Shown: positions 8,081 to 18,307 of the stretch, in pieces
Numbering within the stretch: position 1 is the stretch's first letter
Layout: every line of letters begins with the position of its first letter
NCBI GenBank assembly: GCA_963718915.1
Contig: CAVRAI010000015.1
Location: 30,001-62,000, forward strand
Length of the DNA: 32,000 bases
Reading direction: 5' to 3'
Origin: an uncultured Chloroflexia bacterium
GTDB lineage: Bacteria > Chloroflexota > Ktedonobacteria > Ktedonobacterales > JADMIN01
The notes under the pieces: model-generated
Databases searched by the model: none
What the model was told of the DNA's origin: nothing
Seen by the model: the letters and a program-made list of their open reading frames with translations, nothing else
Made by a program: the position numbers and the translations under genes

Positions 8081-11000
8081 ATGCGTCACATGCGTCACTC
8101 AATCGTGCGCCAGTGGGCCCACATCGCCCGTGTCGCTGTCGTCTCTCTGATGATTCTGGTCGTCTTCCAATCGTCGGGGTTAGGCGCGGGTCCGCTCGGC
8201 CTTCTCGGCGTGGCGCATGCTGCCAGCCTGAAACCACAACCTCCGACCAATACGACATGATGTCGGGCGCTTCGTTCCCTATATCAATGCCCCGCAGCTG
8301 CCCAGTGGCAGCTGGACTCCCAAGCAGTCCACCGCGCCGCGCTCTCAGAGCCATCCAGCCACTGGCCAAACGCCAGCCTCAGGGCGCAAAGCTGGCGAAC
8401 AGGCGGACTTGCGCACGGCAGCGAGTTCGACCACCCTCAACAGCGATGGCACCTGGACCCTCACGTCGTATCCCGTGCCCGTCCATTATCAGGATGCTCA
8501 GGGTAACTGGCAGAATATCGACGACACCGTCGTCACCGATAGTTCAGTCTCGGGCTATGGTTATGGGAATAAGGCAAATGGTTGGCAAGTGCATTTTGCC
8601 CAACAGGCGGGTGGCTCCAAACTGCTCCATCTGCGCTATCCTGGCCTGACAGTCGCCGAGGCGCTGAACGGGGCGGCCACCGTCTCCGCGACGGCCAGTG
8701 GCTCGCAGATCATCTATCCGAGTGTGTTTCCCAGCGTGTTGATCTGCTCTATCTGGTCGGCAATGCCCATCTCGAAGAAACGCTTCTGCTCCACACTGCG
8801 CAGACACCTAGCAGCTATAGCTTCACCTATCACGTTCCCGGCGCGACTGCCCGGTAGACGATGCCGGCAATATTGTCTTCCTGGACACGCACGGTAATGT
8901 CCTGTTAACGGTTGGCGGCATCTCGATGTATGAAGCGGACGCGCAGGGACAGCTGCTGCCCACAGGCAAAGAGACAGATAATGTCACGGTGACACTCTCA
9001 GGAACAAGCCCCAATTATACTGTCACGCTGACGCCAGATCAGGCCTGGCTCACTGATCCCTCACGCCATTTCCCGGTAGCGATTGACCCGACCTTTTCGG
9101 GGCCGATATCGCCATAGCAGCACACGAGTGGCAACACCTATGCTGACACATTCGACGAGAGCGGCAATCCCAGCCTGGGCTTCAATACAATGTCAATACC
9201 GAGCGCATTGGCAATTGCAATGCGATTCCCTCAGGGAGCCACTGGCTATGGTACCGGCACCAATCGGTCATACATCAAGTTCCCGATTGGATCGGCCCCA
9301 GCGGGCGCGCGCGTCACCAGCGCAAACTTGTCGCTTTACCAACTCAGCGCCTATGGGGGCGCGGCAACGACAATTGCCGCCGACGAGATCAAGACTGCAT
9401 GGAATGCGACGACACTGACCTGGAACAACCACCCCACAAGCGTCGCAATAGTCGGGATCGGAACCGCCGAACGGACAACGTACAATGTACTGGTGGCAGG
9501 TCGATGTGACCCAGGCGATCTACAATTGGTGGCAGAATGGCCAGACCGACAATGGCCTCCGGCTGCAGCTATACCGACGAGAGCCAACCGTGTGATCTGT
9601 TCGCCTCCGACGATCGCGGCATCACGAACGAGCTCCCGCAGCTCACGGTCAACTATGTCCAGGACACGACCACGCCTGGTGGCGCCATCACGGCAATCAA
9701 TGGCGGTTCATCCCCAACACCAACAATCCCAACGTCACCCTCGCTACGTCGGTTACGGATACTGGCTCGATCACCGAGTGGGGCAGCAACTGGAGCAACA
9801 CGAATGGGCATTGGTGCCAATGGCGGCACCGCGGCGCATTGGGTGACCAATGGCGCGCAACTGGCCGCCGATACGTCGAGCTGTGGCGCGACGGCTTGCG
9901 CCGCGCAGACATTCATTCCGTCGAACGCCTCGACCTGGTCCAATGTCGCGAACTGGCCCACCTTCACCGCGATGTTCAAGTCAGATCTCGGCGGCCAGTT
10001 CAATTTCGGGATGGTGGCCAGCGGCAATAACAATACCCGCTTCGATCTGGTGGCGGCCGCAGGGATCCTCGGCCTTCACCAGCTTTGGAGTATTCGACCA
10101 CGGCAGGCTCCTTCACCACGCTGGCAGTCAATATTCCCTTCACGGCGAATACCTGGTACTATGGACAGGTCGACTTCACGCGCAGCATCTCGCAGAAATC
10201 TATCTCTGGCCGGTTGGGCAGACCAAACCAGCCGTACCGACCATATTCGCAATGGCGTCTACATGTCGCAGCCGGGCTTGAACTTCTGGGAGCAAGGTGA
10301 CAACAGCGGCAGCGGGTCTCCATACCTACACCATCGCCAATGTCATCGCGACCGCCAAGGATACGAATAGCGGGACCATTGGCTACGGCGTCTATGGCAT
10401 GGAGTTCTCGAATGACGGCAGCACCTGGAGCTGCCCAGCTGGTGGGACCTGGTGCGTCGCGGCCAGCCAACCAGCCCACCTGGACGCTGAGCGCGGGGGA
10501 CGGCGCCAAGACGGTCTCCCTCCGCACGATTGACAACGCGGGCAAAATCTCAAGTTCAGCAAGCAGGACGATTATCTACGATACCACCGGGCCGACCGCC
10601 AGCGTCCTCAGTCCGACGGCAGGCCACGATGTGCGCGGTATCGTGACAGTCAACGCTACTGCCACCGACCCAGCCGCGAGCGATGGATCCTTTTCGGGCA
10701 TTGCCAGTGTCGCGCTCTTCATGGATGGCGGCCAGGTGGGATCGCCTGTCACTGGAACGGATTGCGCCGACCTTCCTCTGGGATACGACCAACGTGGGTT
10801 CTGGCCCGCACACGCTGACTGTGCAGGCCACCGACAACGCGGGCAACGTCGGCCCAATGAGCGCGGGCGTCGTCGTCTCGGTGAGCAACACCGGCCAGAT
10901 GAGCTATGAGACCTATGCGCTGCGTGACCTGCCTGCGGGCGACATCAAGGCCGGGGTCAACGTGGCGACTGGGAATTCCGTCGTCACCGAGCAGGATATC

Positions 11001-12703
11001 GACGTAGCGGGCCGGGGACCAGACCTCGCGCTGGGTCGCGAGTACAACGACCTCATGCCCTCGCCTAAACTCTTCGGCTATGGTTGGTCGAGCGATCTCG
11101 ACGAGAGCATCTACGTCAATGCCGACAACTCGGTGACGTACTATGACGCCAGTGGCGGCGTTCACCTCTTCTTGCCCAATGGGTCGGGTGGCTATATCAC
11201 CCCGCCAGGCTTGTTCCTGACGCTGGCGCATAATCAGGATGGCAGCTATACCCTGACCTCACGCGACCAGACGAAGACGAACTTCAACGTTTCGGGCTCT
11301 CTGAACAGCGTGGTCGACCGCAACGGCAACGCGCTGACCATCGCCTATGATGCGAACAATCTGCCGACGACGATGACCGATTCTTCCGGGCGGACACTGA
11401 CCTTCACGACGAGCGGTGGGCACATCACCCATATCGCCGCGCCCGGCTCGCGCACCTTTGACTACGCCTACAATGCTGCCGGGAACCTGACCGACTACAC
11501 CGATCCGCAGGGGATCGTCACCCACTACGACTACGATGCCAGACCATCGCCTGACCAAGATCACGCTGAATTACCAGTCTGGTGGGCCATCTGACGTGCA
11601 GACCAATGTCGCCACAACGCTCAGCTTATGACGGCGTCCAACCGGCTGGTGAGCCTGGTGGACCCGATGGGCTTCGACGCCGGGATCTGCTATGATTCCG
11701 GCGGAAACTGCTATGGCGCGGATCATCCCTGCGACGGAGCGACGGGGATTCCGGGTCGACCTGTGTGGCGCAATTCTGGAAGCTGGACACCATCCAGATC
11801 GCCTGCAGTTCCGGTCTATCAAGATACTGTCTATACCGCCGCCAATGATGGCTCGGGCGCCGTCACGAAGATCACCGATGCGGCTGAGAAACGATACACT
11901 ATATGCCTACGACGCAGCAACGGCGAACTGACGGAACTTACCGACGCCAATGGGCAATGTCACCGATTACACCTATGACGGCAACGGCAATATGCTGACG
12001 CAGGTGGTGGATCCATCTGGCCTGGCGCTCACGACCTCCTGGACCTATGACAGCGCCAACAACGTCTTGACCGAGACCAATCCCATCCGGACATCGTCAC
12101 CAAGTACACCTATGATGCGCCGACAACCGGGAACGTCGTCACGACCGTCCAAAATTACGAGAGCGGCGGCCCGACGAATAGCGATACCAACGTCACCACC
12201 AGCAACACCTACGATAGCTACGGCGAGGTGCTGACCTCGACCGATCCGCTGGGCGTGGTGACGAAGTACACCTACGACAGCTATGGCGACACGCTGACGA
12301 CCACCGAGAACTACCAGTCGGGTGGGCCGTCGGACGACCATACCAATGTGACGACCAGCGCCACCTATGACGACCTGGGCGAGCAGATGACCTCCACCAA
12401 CGCGCTCGGCATCGTCACCGCGACGGTCTACGATATTCGCGGCAACGTGCAGCAGACGACGGCCAATTACCAGTCGGGCGGGCCAACTGACGCCCAGACC
12501 AATGTCAAGACGCAGTACGGCTACGACGCGCTCGGTCGCCAGATCACCACGACCAACCCGCGCGGCATCGTCACCAAGACCGACTATGATCTTGATGGGC
12601 GTGAGACGCAGACGACTGCCAACTACGTCAGTGGTGGCGCGTCAGGACAGCCAGACCAACGTCGACCACGACGACAAAATATGATGGCGCGGGCAACGCG
12701 ACG
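8081..12703 (+). pseudogene. N-terminal ~4.6 kb of a giant Rhs/YD-repeat protein, broken by at least a dozen frameshifts (or assembly indels)
   Basis: ATG 8081 encodes a signal-peptide-like N-terminus (MRHMRHSIVRQWAHIARVAVVSLMILVVFQSS...). Successive pieces sit in different frames:
- a wall-associated N-terminal region (TLNSDGTWTLTSYPVPVHYQDAQGNWQNIDD);
- a DNRLRE-like module (RSYIKFPIGSAPAGARVTSANLSLYQL...LTWNNHP);
- an Ig-like module (TIIYDTTGPTASVLSPTAGHDVRGIVTVNATATD...HTLTVQATDNAGNVG);
- the Rhs N-terminal region (GRGPDLALGREYN...FGYGWSSDLD);
- many YD repeats (e.g. VTKYTYDSYGDTLTTTENYQSGGPSD). Confidence 0.8.
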
Positions 12704-15238
12704 GTGGCGACGGACGCCAAGGGCAACACGACCACGACGACCTACGATGCCGACAACCGCGCCACCGAGACCAAAGTCCAGGACAGTAGCAACACGGTGG
12801 TGCAGGATACAACGACCGCCTACGATGCCGTCGGAAATACGGTGACCTCGCAGGTGTTCGACAAGACGGGCACACTCCTGACGACGACGACCTATACCTA
12901 TGATGCCGCCAACCGGCTGCTGGCCCAGACCGATCCTCCCGCCGATCCCGGCGCATCGGACCAGAGCGGGCAGTCGAATGTCACGACCTACACCTATGAC
13001 ACCAACGGCAACACGACCGAGACGCTAGTCACCAATGCCGCGCCAATCGGCCCTGGCACGGTCACCGATACGAAAGCGACCTTCGATGCGCTCGGGCGGC
13101 AACTGACCAAGACGCAGGACGCCGATACTGGCTCGCCCAAGACCACCAGCTACGTCTACAATGCGGCTGGGCAGCAGACAAGCATGACCGACGAGGCCAG
13201 CAACACCACCACCAGCAGCTACGATGCATTGGGCCGCGTCACTAGCGTCACCAACCCCGACAGCACCATCGATACGACGATCTATGACGCGGCGGGTGAG
13301 CAGTTGACGCAATCGAACAGTGCGGGAACGACCATTGATTCCTACGACCCGCTGGGCCGAGTGAGTACCGAGCAGCGCAAGAACGGCAGTGGTGTCTCGC
13401 AGGGGATCGTCGCCTACACCTATGACGCCAATGGCAGTGTGCTGCAGAAGGTGACAACACTCGCCGATGGCAGCCAGGTGACGAGCGTCAGCACCTACGA
13501 CGCCCTCGACCGCCAAGCGACGATGAACGACGGCACGCGCAGCTACACCTACGACTTGGCGGGCAACGTCACCCATATGCAAGTGGTCGTCTCCGGCAGC
13601 GGCTACGCGGTGCAGACCGACTCCACCTATGACGGCGGCAATCGCGTCTCCAGCCTCTACGACAAGGTGGGTCCGTCGGCCACCATCTTGCACAGCTACG
13701 GCTATACCTACGATGGCAACGGCAACCGCAGCAGCATCGTCGAGGATGGCGCGACCACAACCAACTACAGTTACGACGACCTCAACCAACTGACTCAGGT
13801 GAAGGTCGGCTCGACCACGACTGCGACCTATACCTACGATGCCAATCACAACCGCACCAGCCTGGTGACGGCCGCCGGGACAACTGGCTATACCTACGAC
13901 GACTCGGACCATCTGACCCAGAAGACCGATCCCGACGGCAAGGTCACGAATTATGGCTACGACACCTCAGGCAACCTGACCAGCGCCAGTTATGATCCAA
14001 CCGGCGTCAACCAGGTCACCCAGTATCACTACGATACCAATAGTCGGCTGACCGAGATCGACCAGCCGAGTGGGACAACGATCCAGTTTGGCTACGACAC
14101 CGACAACAACCGCACCACCAAGACGATTACCAGCGGCGGGGTGAGTCACAGCGTCAACGACGTGTATGTGCTCGGCCATCTCGCCTATGAGACCGACGAG
14201 AACGGGACGGTGCTCGCCACCTTCACCTATGACTCGTCGGGCGTACCGGTCAGCGTCCAGGTCGGCAGCGACCCAAACGCCTCCCCGCGCTACTATTACG
14301 TCTACAACGGCCACGGGGATGTCGTGGCGCTGGTCGACGCGCAGGGGAATGTTGCCGCAAGCTATGCCTACGATGCCTTCGGCCAACTGACCACGGCCTC
14401 CGAGAGCTTTGGGAGCGGAACCATCTGGACCAATCCGTACCGCTATGATGGGCGTGACAGCGTGCGTTACGATGGCGAGACAGATCTCTATTGGATGTCT
14501 GTCCGCGCCTATGACCCTACACTGGACCGCTTCCTTTCACGTGATCCGTTGGGGCGTGCGCCACTGTACTTCAGCGACCAGCCGTATGTCTACGCGGGTA
14601 ATAATCCGCTCGTCAACGTTGATCCCAGCGGGCAACGATTCACTACTGATTCGGGCCAAGTGCGAGCGGCAGGTTCTGCGAGTTCACCAAGTCGCGTGAC
14701 AACGTATCCTGGGCGCCCGCTGGCCGGCGGTAAAGGCAAGGAAAGAGCGTCAGGAAAAGAAGAGAACATCTGGTATTGGAAAGAGGATGGTGGTGGCAGG
14801 CATACGGCGTGGATGGGGCCGATTGAGCCTGATCCCAAAGGCTGGCACTTCAATCTTCATATTGAAAACAAGAAAGGCGAAACCCTTGCTAACTACCACT
14901 TCTACTTCTTCGGGTGGTTGGGTATGGGTAGTGGACACGAAGCTTTCGTCTGGTATGTGATAGATACAGACGGCAAGACAACGCGTTTTAAACAATCCTT
15001 TGAGGTGGAAAACAGCGTGTTAGGGCTAGCCGCTACGAAGGTAGCAGTGGATATGACGAGAATGATCGCAAGCAGATTTTCTTTGCCCATGGAATTCAGA
15101 GAAAAACTCATGGGCGAGGATGAAAATGTGTACTCGCGGATATTTGAGGAGGTGTTTGGTAAGAGTAACTATCTGCAAGACATGTTGAGTCGTCTTAACC
15201 AGAGACCTTTGACCAAGAAAGAGAAGTTTGGGCTCTAA
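12704..15238 (+). CDS. Rhs/YD-repeat core plus C-terminal polymorphic toxin domain (intact 844-aa reading frame; the frame is open slightly upstream of 12704)
   Basis: YD repeats run continuously (xxTYxYDxxGNxxx). The core end is WTNPYRYDGRDSVRYDGETDLYWMSVRAYDPTLDRFLSRDPLG...YVYAGNNPLVNVDPSGQ. A 200-aa unrelated tail follows. Confidence 0.85.
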   Translation: MATDAKGNTTTTTYDADNRATETKVQDSSNTVVQDTTTAYDAVGNTVTSQVFDKTGTLLTTTTYTYDAANRLLAQTDPPADPGASDQSGQSNVTTYTYDTNGNTTETLVTNAAPIGPGTVTDTKATFDALGRQLTKTQDADTGSPKTTSYVYNAAGQQTSMTDEASNTTTSSYDALGRVTSVTNPDSTIDTTIYDAAGEQLTQSNSAGTTIDSYDPLGRVSTEQRKNGSGVSQGIVAYTYDANGSVLQKVTTLADGSQVTSVSTYDALDRQATMNDGTRSYTYDLAGNVTHMQVVVSGSGYAVQTDSTYDGGNRVSSLYDKVGPSATILHSYGYTYDGNGNRSSIVEDGATTTNYSYDDLNQLTQVKVGSTTTATYTYDANHNRTSLVTAAGTTGYTYDDSDHLTQKTDPDGKVTNYGYDTSGNLTSASYDPTGVNQVTQYHYDTNSRLTEIDQPSGTTIQFGYDTDNNRTTKTITSGGVSHSVNDVYVLGHLAYETDENGTVLATFTYDSSGVPVSVQVGSDPNASPRYYYVYNGHGDVVALVDAQGNVAASYAYDAFGQLTTASESFGSGTIWTNPYRYDGRDSVRYDGETDLYWMSVRAYDPTLDRFLSRDPLGRAPLYFSDQPYVYAGNNPLVNVDPSGQRFTTDSGQVRAAGSASSPSRVTTYPGRPLAGGKGKERASGKEENIWYWKEDGGGRHTAWMGPIEPDPKGWHFNLHIENKKGETLANYHFYFFGWLGMGSGHEAFVWYVIDTDGKTTRFKQSFEVENSVLGLAATKVAVDMTRMIASRFSLPMEFREKLMGEDENVYSRIFEEVFGKSNYLQDMLSRLNQRPLTKKEKFGL
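14636..15238 (+). other. Rhs C-terminal tip 1 (CT1): candidate toxin domain, family not recognised
   Basis: It starts immediately after DPSGQ (14621-14635). The DNA turns visibly AT-richer here. The sequence includes ...ENIWYWKEDGGGRHTAWMGPIEPDPKGWHFNLHIENKKGETLANYHFYFFGWLGMGSGHEAFVWYVIDTDGK... I cannot assign a catalytic motif. Confidence 0.6.
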
Positions 15239-15317
15239 CGTGTTGGCGTTTGTCTAAGTGTGACAGTACAGTGATAGGTGAGTCGTAGCGCCCACACCAG
15301 TTGCCCAGGAGAGTTCA

Positions 15318-15968
15318 ATGCCGCATAATGAAGGCCCATCGCAAGAAGCGGGATGGAAGTATGGTCCCGTTTTGGTGACGTATGGAGCGTTCTCCATCCG
15401 CGAGTGTTGGAAGGTGTTTGACGGCATCCGAAGGTTTCACTTTCATGAACTCGTGTTTAGAGCAACGCCATCGTCTCCCAACCAAGACGCAGAAACGATT
15501 TCTATCGCGCTAATTGGTCTGCGGCGGACTGATCTGGTCTATGTGGTGCGTTGGGCGCGTATCTGGGTTAACGGGCGTCGTCATGATTTGGCAATGAATC
15601 ACCGCGCGACTTCACACATGCCAGACGATACTGCACCGCTTTCTCTGCATGTTGCTGAAAACGATAAGAATACCAGCGATGAGTTAGACGGGTCAGATAC
15701 TGGATGGGGCAAAGAGCTGTCCTCGGATCCAAATGGCGCGCAACCCGAGGAAGCAAGCGATGAGGATGTTGATGAAGCCGCTTGGGAAGCCAGGATGGTA
15801 CATGAGACAGAACTTGTTGCGCAGGCCCTTCAGGAACTAGAAGCGCAACACCCCGAACTTGATCTCGAGCCTTTCGAAGAGACGAATAATCCCGATCCAG
15901 AGTTTGACGAGGAATTGAGACGGAGCACTCAGGCCGAGGATAATTGGGACAACAAGATGCAGAGTTAG
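15318..15968 (+). CDS. Candidate cognate immunity protein for CT1 (globular N-domain plus highly acidic tail)
   Basis: 216-aa ORF starting 80 nt after the Rhs stop, with AGGAGAG upstream. The C-terminal ~100 aa are rich in D/E (SDEDVDEAAWE...ELDLEPFEETNNPDPEFDEE). Being the first gene after an Rhs tip is the canonical immunity position. Confidence 0.5.
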   Translation: MPHNEGPSQEAGWKYGPVLVTYGAFSIRECWKVFDGIRRFHFHELVFRATPSSPNQDAETISIALIGLRRTDLVYVVRWARIWVNGRRHDLAMNHRATSHMPDDTAPLSLHVAENDKNTSDELDGSDTGWGKELSSDPNGAQPEEASDEDVDEAAWEARMVHETELVAQALQELEAQHPELDLEPFEETNNPDPEFDEELRRSTQAEDNWDNKMQS

Positions 15969-16040
15969 GTTGGGGGCTGACAGCCACTTAAGAGTCGCAG
16001 GCATTTACGTCAATGAGATAGAATCCAACTACGCTCTTGA

Positions 16041-17111
16041 TGTTCACGTTCTCCCTGTGCAACCAGTATTCAGGTTGGCTGCGCCCCCAACAACTCGTCG
16101 CAGTATAACCACGTCTATAACGGCCACGGCGATGCGGTTACGCTGGTCGATGCCAGTGGCAATACCACCGCCAGCTACAGCTACGATGCCTTCGGCCAGT
16201 TGATCAAGTTCAGCGACAGTTTCGGGGGGACGACTACCTGGACCAACCCCTATCGCTACGACGGACGTGATGGCGTGCGCTATGATGGCGAGACGGGCCT
16301 CTACTGGATGAGTGTGCGCGCCTACGACCCGGCGCTGGGGCGCTTCCTCAGCCGCGATCCGCTGGGCCGTGTCCCGCTCTTCTTCGCCGACCAGCCGTAT
16401 GTCTACGCGGGCAACAACCCGCTCCTCAATGTCGATCCCAGCGGGCAGTTCATGGCGACGGAAGGCGTCTCCAATGCACAGGCGCACGCCATCATGAAGC
16501 AAAAAGCCCGCATATATTGGACCCCACCAAGACCTAGAAAGGGGTGGAATGGTTGCTATGAGGGAGATAGAGCGTGTCAGGGGGCTAAGGCAAAACACGA
16601 CGCTCAGGGAGCCTACAACGAGATTACCAACCAGCTTGTCGAACTGTGGGGAAAAGCCTTCAAAGATTGGCTAAATGAGCATTTCAATATCTTTGAAAAG
16701 CTCATTCACTGGACACTAGATCAGGTACTGGATTGGTTAGGTGGCGAAAGCGCCAAAGCGCTGTTTAGCACGCTGACAAAGGATGGGACAGGTGCCCAAG
16801 TCTGGATGCTTGCTCCTTGGCTCGCGTCAATGTGGGAGGCGAATCAGGATGCCTCATGGTTTAGAGTTCCGAAGAACATTGTCAACTTTGGACGCTGGGA
16901 AGAGGACACCGATTTCGCACTAGGAATTGGTGGAGTTGTCTCTATTGGAGCAGGATTAGCTGGAGGCAACGAAGGAGCTGTTGGGTTTGGTTGGGGCATA
17001 ATTGAGGCTTCAGAAGGTTGGACAACGTTGGATGACTCGGTATGGGATCAGCTACTCGAATATGTAACCAGTTGGCCTATTGGCGGACCTGGACACATGC
17101 AGGTTCGGTAG
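16041..17111 (+). CDS. Orphan Rhs C-terminal cassette (core 3' block plus second, unrelated tip CT2); no convincing own start codon
   Basis: The frame is open from 16041, and the ORF track starts at a TTG at 16200. Bases 16101-16448 encode YNHVYNGHGDAVTLVDASGNTTASYSYDAFGQL...WTNPYRYDGRDGVRYDGETGLYWMSVRAYDPALGRFLSRDPLG...NNPLLNVDPSGQ, homologous to 14294-14635. The 220 aa after DPSGQ are unrelated to CT1. Confidence 0.7.
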   Translation, partial: CSRSPCATSIQVGCAPNNSSQYNHVYNGHGDAVTLVDASGNTTASYSYDAFGQLIKFSDSFGGTTTWTNPYRYDGRDGVRYDGETGLYWMSVRAYDPALGRFLSRDPLGRVPLFFADQPYVYAGNNPLLNVDPSGQFMATEGVSNAQAHAIMKQKARIYWTPPRPRKGWNGCYEGDRACQGAKAKHDAQGAYNEITNQLVELWGKAFKDWLNEHFNIFEKLIHWTLDQVLDWLGGESAKALFSTLTKDGTGAQVWMLAPWLASMWEANQDASWFRVPKNIVNFGRWEEDTDFALGIGGVVSIGAGLAGGNEGAVGFGWGIIEASEGWTTLDDSVWDQLLEYVTSWPIGGPGHMQVR

Positions 17112-17137
17112 CAAAGAGTAATCAGAAAAGAGGCACA

Positions 17138-17875
17138 ATGCGGAACATGAGCCAGTATCTCGTAGGTAGGCGTATACACACTATGTTATCAGTAAGCTGC
17201 GTGCTAGGGATCCTTTCCGTCGTCCTGTGCACCTTGCTTGGTTGCGGTCTTCCTGCTCAAAGTGTGACATCAGCGCCAACGCCAACTATTCAACAGATCT
17301 TAGCGCATGCGCGTGCTGTACGCATTGGGGATGGCATCATCAACTTAACACTAAGCAGTACCAAGCAGGGACAGCCACCTGAACATGGCACAGGAACGAT
17401 AAAATTCACCAGTCAACCGGAGCGCCTAGACTTAGGCATAACACTTTCCTCAGGCGAGACAGTTTTTTCCGGCGAAGAGATTGCTGATGCAGCCACAAAT
17501 AGTGTTTATGCTAAAGTCGACGTTCCCTCAAAATTTACAAGCAATACCTGGACAAAGACACAGAACGGCTTCGATTTTGCCAGCTTCAACAATGTGCTTC
17601 ACTACGCCAATCTCGGTAATCCTGTGCTCTTGGGCGGTGAATCGCTGCAACATGTACGTGTTTGGCATCTGCGCGGATCTGCGGTCAATCAAGGGCCAAA
17701 TACATCACTTGATGTGTATCTACGACAAGACAACTTCTTGCCCGTCGAGGTTGTCCTTACCACCCGAGGAAATCCCTCAGGAACTGTGACTTATTTCTAC
17801 ACCGCACTCAATACTGGGATCTCGATTGTATTGCCCGTGCTCCCTACCCCTACAGTCGGAGCGTCCTCACAGTAG
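17138..17875 (+). CDS. Putative lipoprotein (candidate immunity or accessory protein of the orphan cassette)
   Basis: ATG 17138 is preceded by AAAAGAGG. The signal peptide has a lipobox: RRIHTMLSVSCVLGILSVVLCTLLGC. The mature part is beta-rich and has no motif I recognise. Confidence 0.6.
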   Translation: MRNMSQYLVGRRIHTMLSVSCVLGILSVVLCTLLGCGLPAQSVTSAPTPTIQQILAHARAVRIGDGIINLTLSSTKQGQPPEHGTGTIKFTSQPERLDLGITLSSGETVFSGEEIADAATNSVYAKVDVPSKFTSNTWTKTQNGFDFASFNNVLHYANLGNPVLLGGESLQHVRVWHLRGSAVNQGPNTSLDVYLRQDNFLPVEVVLTTRGNPSGTVTYFYTALNTGISIVLPVLPTPTVGASSQ

Positions 17876-17947
17876 CTCTGGTTGTGGCGATGTCCGATAG
17901 CAGCCATGCTGCCAAATTTGAGTGCGACTTGCCGATGATAGGAGAAT

Positions 17948-18274
17948 ATGATGACCCAGCCCATGTCTATCATGGACTTTCTCTTTGGCATAGGTCAGGC
18001 GATACTAGTGGTGATTTTAGGATTGTTGATTCTACTTTTCCGTACCCCACGAAGTGAGCGCTTACTGCGCAGACGGCGGTTCTTGTATGTTCTGAGCGCG
18101 ATAGCATGCGTTGTCATTCAACTGATGATAACAAGTTTATTGGGGACAGTACTCTCAGGTTCACCAATACACGCGCTTACACTACCTACGATTCTCGGTT
18201 TGCTTTTGATGAGTCCGTTCTATGTTCTAGGGATAGCTGTCTTCTTTCGTGCCATCAGTTATAGGCCCAGTTGA
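17948..18274 (+). CDS. Small multi-pass membrane protein (candidate immunity protein)
   Basis: 108-aa ORF with TAGGAGAA upstream. It has three to four hydrophobic helices (FLFGIGQAILVVILGLLILLF, FLYVLSAIACVVIQLMITSLLGTVL, LTLPTILGLLLMSPFYVLGIAVFF). Confidence 0.6.
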   Translation: MMTQPMSIMDFLFGIGQAILVVILGLLILLFRTPRSERLLRRRRFLYVLSAIACVVIQLMITSLLGTVLSGSPIHALTLPTILGLLLMSPFYVLGIAVFFRAISYRPS

Positions 18275-18307
18275 CGTATCGATATGCATATAAAATATCC
18301 GAGCTGA

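Noticed and set aside
8113-8649. 178-aa plus-strand ORF at the start of the Rhs region
   Set aside because: It is an out-of-frame reading across the Rhs N-terminus. The recognisable protein segments lie in the other two frames: the signal peptide from 8081, and TLNSDGTWTLTSYPVPVHYQD from about 8270.
13025-13912. 295-aa minus-strand ORF inside the Rhs core
   Set aside because: It is the antisense mirror of the YD-repeat coding strand. The product is low-complexity and rich in Arg, Gly, Val and Ala. The plus strand has unambiguous Rhs homology over the same bases.
16044-16598. 184-aa minus-strand ORF over the orphan Rhs cassette
   Set aside because: It is antisense to the conserved Rhs core 3' block, which is recognisable on the plus strand.
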